Positions 45,663-52,957 of a stretch of 64,000 bases of DNA are shown piece after piece (positions within the stretch are counted from its first letter, which is position 1; each line of letters starts with the position of its first letter). The DNA comes from an uncultured Solibacteraceae bacterium (GTDB lineage: Bacteria > Acidobacteriota > Vicinamibacteria > Vicinamibacterales > SCN-69-37). A program made the position numbers and the translations under genes. Where the stretch lies: the NCBI GenBank assembly GCA_964423815.1, contig CAYRGW010000014.1, positions 505-64,504 of the forward strand. The letters are read 5' to 3'. The notes below the pieces were generated by a model. The model was not told the DNA's origin. It did no database searches and saw nothing but the letters and a program-made list of their open reading frames with translations.

Positions 45663-48515
45663 ATGACAAGACGATTGATGCACGTGGCCGTGATGGCTTT
45701 GTGCTCGGCACTGGTGGTGGCAAATGCTTCCGCCCAGACGTTCACGGGACGTATTGAACTGACCGTGACGGATAGCACCGGCGCAGTTCTGCCCGGCGCG
45801 ACGGTCGAGCTCACCGGTCAGCAGACGGCGAATACCGTGTCCGACGCGCGGGGTGAGGCACGTTTCCTCAACCTGGCGCCTGGTCGCTACACGGTGGTCG
45901 CGAAGCTTTCGGGCTTCGGCGAATGGAAGACCGAGAACATCACGGTCAGCACGGGGCAGGTCGTGGCCTTGAAGGCCACGATGGCCGTTGGCGGCATTGC
46001 GACGTCGATTGACGTCACGGCCGGCGCGCCGACGATTGACCCCAAAAAACAGACGCAGTCGACGGTGGTCTCGTACGAAGAGCTGCAGTCGGTCCCGTCG
46101 TCGCGCGACCCCTGGGTTGTGCTGCAGACGGTGCCTGGCGTGGTTGTGGACCGCGTGAACGTTGGCGGCGCCGAATCGGGTCAGCAGTCGGGTTATCGCG
46201 CGAAGGGCGCGGGTTCCGGCGAAAACACGTGGAACATTGACGGCATTGCCATCACGGACATGTCGGCACTGGGTTCCTCGCCCACCTACTACGACTTCGA
46301 CATGTTCCAGGAAATGCAGGCCACCACGGGTGGCGCGGACGTGTCCAACGTCACGCCTGGTGTGTCGTTGAACTTCGTCCTCAAGAGTGGTTCGAACGCG
46401 CCACGCGGTTCCGCGCGCTGGTACGCCGAAGACGAAAAGTGGAAGATGCAGGCGAACAACATGCCCGCCGACCTCGCAGCCCTGATTGGTGGCAAGAGTG
46501 GCAAAGGCAACCGCATGCGCAAGTACATTGACAGCGGTTTTGAACTCGGCGGACCGATTGTGCGCGATCGCCTCTGGGCGTGGGGCGCGTACGGCAAGAC
46601 GGATGTCACCGTCGTGACCCTTGCCGACACACCCGACCAGACCATCCTTGAGAACTACTCGTTCAAGGCCACCGGCCAGGCGACACAGAATCTCCGCGGC
46701 AACTTCACCTACTACCGTGGTGACAAGATCAAGTTCGGTCGAAGCGCCGGCACGACTCGTCCGCCCGCCACGACGTGGAATCAGAGCGGTCCGACGCAAA
46801 TGTACAAAGGTGAAGCGAACCTCACGGTTGGCAACAACATGTTCCTGACGGCGCGCGCTGCCCACGTCTCGGGCGGGTTCTCCCTGACGCCTCAAGGTGG
46901 TCTCGACGTCAACATGATTTTTGCTGATGACGCGGGCATTGGCCGCAACAGCTGGTACGAATACGCGACGGTGCGTCCCCAGAACACGATGAACGTGGAA
47001 GGCAACTATTTCAGTGGCCGTCACGAACTGAAGGTTGGGTTCGGCTACCGCACGGCCGATGTCGAGTCGACCTACGCCGTGCCGGGTAACGGCGTCATCA
47101 CCTACCATGACGGCTATCCGAACATGATCGCGGAAATCACCGCGTGGAACCAGGTCTCGGGCACCACCGGCAAGTACATGAGCGGCTTCCTGTCGGACAC
47201 GATCTCGTTCGACCGTCTCACGCTCAACGTCGGGGTGCGCTGGGATCGCCAGTCATCCTCGGTCGCCGCGTATTCACAGGCGGGTAACCCGCTCCTGTCG
47301 GCCTTGCTGCCCAACCTGACGGGCAAGGCCGCCGATGACGTCATCGTGTGGAACTCGGTCACGCCGCGCATCGGCGCGACCTACGCGATCGACGATGCAC
47401 GCAAGACCATCGCACGTGCCAGCTACGCGAGCTTCGCGTCGCAGATGAACGCCGGCGCGGGCGGCTTCTTCTCGACCGTCGGCTCGTTCCGTGGCGTCTA
47501 CATCTACGACGTAGCCGACCTGAACGGCAACGGCACGGTGGATGCGGCCGAAATTGCCGGTCGCTCGGCGGAGAACTGGTACGGGTTCGACATCAACAAC
47601 CCGGCCAACGTCAGCACCCCGAACCACGTGGTTGGCGACTACAAGACGCCGCTCACGCAGGAGTTCATCCTGGGTGTGGACCGCGAGCTGATGGCCAACC
47701 TCGGCGTGTCGGCGAGCTACACGTTCCGCCACTTCTCGAACTTCAACTGGCGCCCGATCGAAGGACTGCGCGCTGACGACTACGTGCAGCGTGGCACCTA
47801 CACGGGTTCGCTCGCACCGGTGGGGCAGTTCTCCGTGCCGTTCTACGGCGTGAGCGCGCTGCCGGCCAACCGCACGCGTACCGAGTACATCGACCGCGAT
47901 GGCTACTCGCAGCGTTACCACGGCTTCGAAGTGTCGGCCACCAAGCGCATGTCCAACCGCTGGATGGCCCGCTTTGGCTTCTCGTGGAACGATCACCGCG
48001 AGTACTTCGACGGCAATAACTCGCGCACCGACCCGACCTCCACGCTGGCCAACCCGAACATCGACGGTGGTCATGTGATGGCCGCTTCGGGCGGTTCGGG
48101 CAAGAGCCAGATCTACATGGTGCTGCCGCAGTACCAGTTCGTGCTCAACGGTGTCTACCAGGCGCCCTGGGGTGTGAACCTCGGCCTCAACATGGTCAAC
48201 CGTCAGGGTTTCGCGATGCCGTACAGCCGCAGCAACGTGGCCACCGGCGACCCACTCGGCAACAACAAGAACCTGCTGCTTGTGGATGACGTCACGAAGT
48301 TCCGCCTGCCGGCGGTGACGTCGCTCGACCTGCGTCTCGGCAAGACGTTCAACATCCGCTCAACGACGGCCAACATCGACCTCGACGTGTTCAACGTGCT
48401 GAACTCGGCGACGGTGCTTGGACGCCAGTACGACCTCCGTCTCACGACGGCCGACAACGTTCGCGAAATCATGAATCCCCGCATTCTGCGCGTGGGCTTC
48501 CGCTTCGCGTTCTAA
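45663..48515 (+). CDS. TonB-dependent-receptor-like outer-membrane protein with CarboxypepD_reg domain (paralog A)
   Basis: 950 aa. Signal peptide ...ANASAQ. Then TFTGRIELTVTDSTGAVLPGATVELTG...RGEARFLNLAPGRYTV, a plug-like DPWVVLQTVPGVVVDRVNVGG, and C-terminal ...RVGFRFAF. About 70% identical at the N-terminus to the 57937-60879 protein, by eye. Confidence 0.85.
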   Translation: MTRRLMHVAVMALCSALVVANASAQTFTGRIELTVTDSTGAVLPGATVELTGQQTANTVSDARGEARFLNLAPGRYTVVAKLSGFGEWKTENITVSTGQVVALKATMAVGGIATSIDVTAGAPTIDPKKQTQSTVVSYEELQSVPSSRDPWVVLQTVPGVVVDRVNVGGAESGQQSGYRAKGAGSGENTWNIDGIAITDMSALGSSPTYYDFDMFQEMQATTGGADVSNVTPGVSLNFVLKSGSNAPRGSARWYAEDEKWKMQANNMPADLAALIGGKSGKGNRMRKYIDSGFELGGPIVRDRLWAWGAYGKTDVTVVTLADTPDQTILENYSFKATGQATQNLRGNFTYYRGDKIKFGRSAGTTRPPATTWNQSGPTQMYKGEANLTVGNNMFLTARAAHVSGGFSLTPQGGLDVNMIFADDAGIGRNSWYEYATVRPQNTMNVEGNYFSGRHELKVGFGYRTADVESTYAVPGNGVITYHDGYPNMIAEITAWNQVSGTTGKYMSGFLSDTISFDRLTLNVGVRWDRQSSSVAAYSQAGNPLLSALLPNLTGKAADDVIVWNSVTPRIGATYAIDDARKTIARASYASFASQMNAGAGGFFSTVGSFRGVYIYDVADLNGNGTVDAAEIAGRSAENWYGFDINNPANVSTPNHVVGDYKTPLTQEFILGVDRELMANLGVSASYTFRHFSNFNWRPIEGLRADDYVQRGTYTGSLAPVGQFSVPFYGVSALPANRTRTEYIDRDGYSQRYHGFEVSATKRMSNRWMARFGFSWNDHREYFDGNNSRTDPTSTLANPNIDGGHVMAASGGSGKSQIYMVLPQYQFVLNGVYQAPWGVNLGLNMVNRQGFAMPYSRSNVATGDPLGNNKNLLLVDDVTKFRLPAVTSLDLRLGKTFNIRSTTANIDLDVFNVLNSATVLGRQYDLRLTTADNVREIMNPRILRVGFRFAF

Positions 48516-48534
48516 TCGGTCTTCGACGTTCGAC

Positions 48535-48579
48535 CGGCCCCGGGATCCGACTCACGTCGGGGCCCGGGGCCTTTTTTTT
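48535..48579 (+). terminator. Rho-independent terminator of paralog A
   Basis: GC-rich hairpin GGCCCCCGGG...CCGAC-TCAC-GTCGG...CCCGGGGCC, followed immediately by T8 (48572-48579). It starts 20 nt after the stop. Confidence 0.7.
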
Positions 48580-48632
48580 ACGTCGGGTGTCTTTTTCCGC
48601 TCTAAGCGATGCAGAAAAAGACACCCGACGTC
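48580..48632. repeat. Palindromic repeat 'Z', copy 2 (inverted relative to copy 1)
   Basis: ACGTCGGGTGTCTTTTT (48580-48596) is complementary to AAAAAGACACCCGACGT (48615-48631). The 18-nt loop CCGCTCTAAGCGATGCAG is about 85% identical to the reverse complement of the copy-1 loop region, by eye. Confidence 0.8.
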
Positions 48633-48667
48633 TTAATCTGTGACCCGATTTCGTGCAGGATGTACAT

Positions 48668-49591
48668 ATGAAGAAACTTGTCCTCGCTGTGATGCTGATG
48701 TTGGTCGTGCCCGGGCTCGCGATCGCGCAGGAATGGCGCGGGCAGGGGCGGATCGCTGGAAAAATCACCGATGAGGCCGGCGTGGCCATCGAAGGCGTCG
48801 CCATCAAGGCCACAATGCCGTCGTCGGAAAACAGGGGGCCTGGCGCCCAGAAGTCCAACGCAAAGGGCGACTGGTCCATCGGGGGCATCGCCGGCGGATC
48901 GTGGGTGGTCGAGTTCAGCAAAGAGGGCTACAAGACCCGCACGATGACGGTGCCGGTCAGTGAAGGCAACCGTCTGCCTCCGGCCACGATTGTGTTGGAG
49001 AAGGTCGTGGTCGTGGTGGACCCCAACGACGTGATCCGGGAGCGACTGACGGTCGCCGCCGACCTCATGACGTCACGGAAGTACGCCGAGGCGCGCGCCA
49101 TCTATGAGGAGCTGTCGAAGGAATATCCGACGGTCAAACAGTTCAAGCCGCTGCTGGCGCGCGCGTTCCACGGCGAGGGCAACACGGCACGCGCCATCGA
49201 ATTGCTCAAGGAAGTGGTCGCTGACGACCCGACACTCGTGGAAGTGAAGGTGCTGCTTGGCACGTTGCAGATTGGCGCGGGTCAGATGGCCGAGGGCCAG
49301 GCGACGCTGGACTCCATCGACGCCGCGCGCATCACCGACCCCACCGTGTTCGTCAACATCGGCATCAGCCTGATGAACGACAAAAAACCCGCCGACGCCA
49401 TTACCTGGCTGACCAAGGGCGTGACGACCTTCCCGAAAGATGCCAGCGCGTACTACTACCGCGGCATTGCGCAGCTCTCACTGGGCAACACCGCCGAGGC
49501 CAAAGCCGACCTGGAGAAGTTCGTCTCAATCGCACCCGCCGACGCATCAGAGCTCGCGACGGCGAAGAAGATTCTGGAGACCATAAAGTAG
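48668..49591 (+). CDS. Secreted CarboxypepD_reg-like domain + TPR repeat protein
   Basis: Signal peptide MKKLVLAVMLMLVVPGLAIAQ. GRIAGKITDEAGVAIEGVAIKA...GDWSIGGIAGGSWVVEFSKEGY (CarboxypepD_reg-like), then TPR-like helices (YAEARAIYEEL..., AYYYRGIAQLSLGNTAEAKADLEKFV). ATG 48668 is preferred over the track GTG 48653. Confidence 0.8.
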   Translation: MKKLVLAVMLMLVVPGLAIAQEWRGQGRIAGKITDEAGVAIEGVAIKATMPSSENRGPGAQKSNAKGDWSIGGIAGGSWVVEFSKEGYKTRTMTVPVSEGNRLPPATIVLEKVVVVVDPNDVIRERLTVAADLMTSRKYAEARAIYEELSKEYPTVKQFKPLLARAFHGEGNTARAIELLKEVVADDPTLVEVKVLLGTLQIGAGQMAEGQATLDSIDAARITDPTVFVNIGISLMNDKKPADAITWLTKGVTTFPKDASAYYYRGIAQLSLGNTAEAKADLEKFVSIAPADASELATAKKILETIK

Positions 49592-49672
49592 GGCGTGACC
49601 TTCAGGTCCGCCGCTATGGCGCGGCTAAAGCCGCTGCCCTACGAGCGATGCAGAAAAAGACACCCGACGTCT
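49588..49672. repeat. Composite of repeats X + Y + right half of Z filling a whole convergent intergenic gap
   Basis: X is GTAGGGCGTGACCTTCAGGTCCGCC (49588-49612, overlapping the TAG stop). Y is CCGCTATGGCGCGGCTAAAGCCGCTGCCCTACGAG (49611-49645). The half-Z is AGCGATGCAGAAAAAGACACCCGACGTC (about 49644-49671), identical to the copy-2 right half. Confidence 0.8.
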
Positions 49673-49673
49673 T

Positions 49674-51689
49674 TTATCGCAGGCGCCGCAGCGCGTCAGC
49701 GGCCATCGTGAGGCCGGGCTCCAGGCGGAGCGCTTCGCGGTAGTGACGTTCGGCGACGTCGATCTGGCCGCGCGACTGGGCGATTTGTCCGAGCGCAAAG
49801 TGGCTGCGTGAGGGTTGATACCCCATCGTGATCAACTGCTCGAGCTGCTGCGTGGCGAGATCGAGACGATTCACACGGGAGGCTGCGCCCACAAGCAATA
49901 ACCGCGCGCGCGGGTTCGCCGGGTTCAGCGTGACCGCACGTTCGTAGGCGGCCACCGCCTCCGCCGGTCGTCCCTCGGCCTCAAGCACTCGTCCAGTGAC
50001 CAGCGCCACGTCGAAAGACGAAGGGTCGAGCGTGGTGGCGACGTCGACCCGGGCACGCGCGTCCGCGATCTGTCCGGTCGCCAGCAGCAATTCCGCCGCC
50101 GAGAGCTGTGGTGCGGCAGCGGCTGGGTTGAGCAGCGCGGCCATCTCGTATTCACCCAGCGCCTCGACCGGTCGTCCCATCCGTTCGTACGCTTCGCCGA
50201 GCAACTGGTGCAGGTCGTACGCGCGGTCGTTGATGCGGACCAGGTCCCGCAACTGGCGCACCGAGTCGTCGAGTCGACCGGCGCGAAGGTCGTCGATGGC
50301 CTCCGACAACAAACGTTTGAACGTGCGGCGCTCCTCAATCCGATCCTTCGGGTCAGGTCCTCGTTCGCCGTCGCTGGTGGGCAAGGGAGACGACGTGCCG
50401 ACGTACCCAAGGCTGCGCAGGCGCTCCATCGTCTCTCGATTGGGAGCGGTGGCCTGTGGCGCCTGTCCGCCAGTCAGTTCCCGGTCGAGCCGCGCGGCTT
50501 CAGCGACCATGCGCTCCCCAAGTGCGCGCTGCGCGTCGAACATATTGTCGGCCTCGCGCGGGTCCTTGGTGATCGCAAACAATTCCGGCCGCGGCGCATC
50601 AATGACCTTCCACCCATCGGCGCGGAGCGACCGCAGCTCACTCCAGCCGTAGTGCAGTTTCGGGTAATACGACTCGGTGTACGCGGCAGGAATGGTCTGG
50701 CGGGTACCACCGTCGAGGACGGTGCGGAGTGACTCGCCATCGAGACCGGTGACCGCAGGCAACCCCAGCAGATCCAATGTTGTGGGGACCAGATCGATCA
50801 CGCGCACCTGCTCCGTCACGACGTGCCCGGCCCGTGCCGCGGGCCCCGCGATGATCAGCGGCACCCGCATGACGGGTTCGTACAGGAACACGCCGTGTTC
50901 GTCCTCGCCGTGTTCACCGAGTGATTCTCCGTGGTCGGCCACGGCCATGATCAGACTGTCGTCAAACGTGCCGCGAGCCTTGAGCGCCTCGAGCACACGG
51001 CCGATCTGGTGATCGACGTAGGCGACCTCGCCGTCGTACGGGCTGGACACAAACTCCGTCCCGAAAGGAGCCGGCGCGGCATACGGCGCATGCGGGTCGT
51101 ACAGGTGCACCCACAGGAATGTCGACTGATCGACGGGCACCGTCGCGAGCCACTCCAGCGCGTCATCGACCACCGACGCACCGATACGTTCCGCGTTGGC
51201 CTCGCGCCCGGATTCCACACGATCAAAACCGGAGAACGTGGTGAACCCCTGCGCAAACCCGTAGGCGCGGTCGAGAACGAAGGCGCCGATAAAACCGCCG
51301 GTCGCAAAGCCGGCGGCGCTGAGATGTTCAGCCAGTGTGGTCGCCCGCTCCGGCAGCGGCGTCGTCGCGTTATCGCGCACACCAAAACGTGCGGGGTACT
51401 GCCCCGTGAAGATGGCCGCATGTGCCGGGCCCGTGATGGGCGCCGTGGTGACCGCGTCATCAAACCGCACGCCCAGTTGTGCCAGCGAATCGAGATGCGG
51501 GGTGCGGGCCTGGGACGCGCCGTAGGTGCCGATGTGGTCCGCGCGGGTCGTATCAAGCGTGAAGAGGACGACGTGCCTGGGTTGGCTGGCCGTCGCGCCG
51601 TTGCTGCTGACGATGACCCATGCCACGACACCGACCGCGAGCAGCACCCCGAAAAGAATGAGTGCACTGACCGACCGTTTGCGCATCAT
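49674..51689 (-). CDS. Membrane-anchored alkaline-phosphatase-superfamily ('sulfatase-like') enzyme fused to C-terminal TPR domain (paralog 1)
   Basis: 671 aa. N-terminal TM. LFTLDTTRADHIG (metal-ligand Asp), PITGPAHAAIFTGQYPARFGVRDN, ADHGESLGEHGEDEHG. The C-terminal ~230 aa are TPR repeats. Confidence 0.8.
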   Translation of the reverse strand: MMRKRSVSALILFGVLLAVGVVAWVIVSSNGATASQPRHVVLFTLDTTRADHIGTYGASQARTPHLDSLAQLGVRFDDAVTTAPITGPAHAAIFTGQYPARFGVRDNATTPLPERATTLAEHLSAAGFATGGFIGAFVLDRAYGFAQGFTTFSGFDRVESGREANAERIGASVVDDALEWLATVPVDQSTFLWVHLYDPHAPYAAPAPFGTEFVSSPYDGEVAYVDHQIGRVLEALKARGTFDDSLIMAVADHGESLGEHGEDEHGVFLYEPVMRVPLIIAGPAARAGHVVTEQVRVIDLVPTTLDLLGLPAVTGLDGESLRTVLDGGTRQTIPAAYTESYYPKLHYGWSELRSLRADGWKVIDAPRPELFAITKDPREADNMFDAQRALGERMVAEAARLDRELTGGQAPQATAPNRETMERLRSLGYVGTSSPLPTSDGERGPDPKDRIEERRTFKRLLSEAIDDLRAGRLDDSVRQLRDLVRINDRAYDLHQLLGEAYERMGRPVEALGEYEMAALLNPAAAAPQLSAAELLLATGQIADARARVDVATTLDPSSFDVALVTGRVLEAEGRPAEAVAAYERAVTLNPANPRARLLLVGAASRVNRLDLATQQLEQLITMGYQPSRSHFALGQIAQSRGQIDVAERHYREALRLEPGLTMAADALRRLR

Positions 51690-52957
51690 TTCACTGGCGT
51701 CGGAATCAGAAGCAGCGACGAGGGAAGGGCAAGATACCCACGCCGCGCACGGACGCTGATGCCCTCTCGTTTTACGCGCACCTCAATCGGTCTGTAGGTG
51801 CCGTCCAGCCTGGAGTTTTCAGGCTGGTATCCAATCACGTAGTACCGATTCGCATCGTCGGCCACCTCGACAAGGGCTTTGCCGATGTTGTTCTGGTTGC
51901 GGACAAAAAAGCCGCCGGTGTCCACCGAAAGGCTGTTGGGGGCGTCCTCGGTGAGATCGAAACGTGCCGGGCCGCCCGTCGGACTGTCGGCCAGCATCTG
52001 ATCGCCAATGCCGGCATTGGTCCCGCGATTCAGACCACGTACGTCAATCGCGTAGATTCGTGCGCCGGCGCGTGTGGTCTGACCTACGACAGACTGCAGG
52101 GCGCCCTCCATGTCCTGTGACACGAGTCCGTCACTCAGAAAGACGATGGTCTTGGGACCGGGGATGCGGGCGAGGCCGTTGGCGAGTGCGTTCATCGCCT
52201 TCAGTGTGTCGAGGGTGGAGCGCTGGCTCTCGGTGCGAAACCTGGAGGCTTTCTCGCGGACCTGGCCCTCAGCGCTCTGGCATGCGCTCTGGTCTTCGGC
52301 ACACGCCCGTATGATCACGCGCTGCAAGGCCTCGCGGTCCTGATCCGCCACGGCCAGCGCTTCACTCTCGTCACGGAAACGCGGCCACTCGCGCGTCAGT
52401 TCGTTCAGCCGGGCGCGGTTGTCGTTGTTCGGGCGGACGCTGGACGCCGCGTTCATCAACTCCGCGCGGACACTGGTCAGGCGGCCGTTGACCATCGTGC
52501 CGCCGGCCATCACGCCACCGAGATCCCCGTCTCTGAATTGCTCTTTGAGGAAGGTCGTCACCGCCAGTCGCGCGCGGTCAAAACCGCCGCCGGCTGTCAG
52601 GTGGTTCACATCGAACACAAAGATCCACGTTTGCCTGGCGGCCGAGATGGGTGGGCCCGCGGTGGTGCCTTCTGGTCCACGAGAGGTGACGAGCGGCCGT
52701 GCGGTGGCCGAGTCGCTCGCAGCCGGGCCCACAAAATACAACGCGCGAATTGTCTGAGGTTTTCCGCCCTCCATCACCTCAAAATCGTCGATGGTCAGGT
52801 CTTCGGCAAATCGCCCATCACGCGTGAAGGCGCGGACGTCGACCTCCACGATTTGTGTGGAGGCGGTGAATGTTGGTGGCTGCTGTTGCGGGGGCGTTTG
52901 CGCCGCCAGCGCCGCACCCAGCACCACGCACACAGACCCCAGAAGTGCACCCCGCAC
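51686..52957 (-). CDS. Secreted vWA-like protein (acidobacterial VWFA-related type)
   Basis: 423 aa. Signal peptide. N-terminal beta segment FTASTQIVEVDVRAF..DGRF..DLTIDDFEVMEGGKPQTI, then WIFVFDVNHL...IVFLSDG (vWA beta1/beta4-like). GTG start shares one base with the upstream stop. Confidence 0.7.
   Translation of the reverse strand: MRGALLGSVCVVLGAALAAQTPPQQQPPTFTASTQIVEVDVRAFTRDGRFAEDLTIDDFEVMEGGKPQTIRALYFVGPAASDSATARPLVTSRGPEGTTAGPPISAARQTWIFVFDVNHLTAGGGFDRARLAVTTFLKEQFRDGDLGGVMAGGTMVNGRLTSVRAELMNAASSVRPNNDNRARLNELTREWPRFRDESEALAVADQDREALQRVIIRACAEDQSACQSAEGQVREKASRFRTESQRSTLDTLKAMNALANGLARIPGPKTIVFLSDGLVSQDMEGALQSVVGQTTRAGARIYAIDVRGLNRGTNAGIGDQMLADSPTGGPARFDLTEDAPNSLSVDTGGFFVRNQNNIGKALVEVADDANRYYVIGYQPENSRLDGTYRPIEVRVKREGISVRARRGYLALPSSLLLIPTPVK

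Noticed and set aside
45099-47108. 669-aa minus-strand ORF, the longest of several long antisense ORFs. Others include 2168-3988 (-), 32899-34812 (+), 42518-44068 (+), 17000-18475 (+), 20433-21833 (+), 10796-11983 (+), 38131-39189 (+) and 1303-2376 (+).
   Set aside because: Each lies antisense to, or out of frame with, a gene that has clear family motifs. Their translations are low-complexity and rich in Arg/Gly/His/Pro/Ala, with no motifs. This is the expected artefact of stop-codon-poor GC-rich DNA.
49674-51689. Calling the three AP-superfamily proteins 'sulfatases'.
   Set aside because: The formylglycine motif C/S-x-P-x-R is replaced by T-x-P-x-H in all three, and no FGE/anSME gene is nearby. 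I keep only the superfamily-level call.
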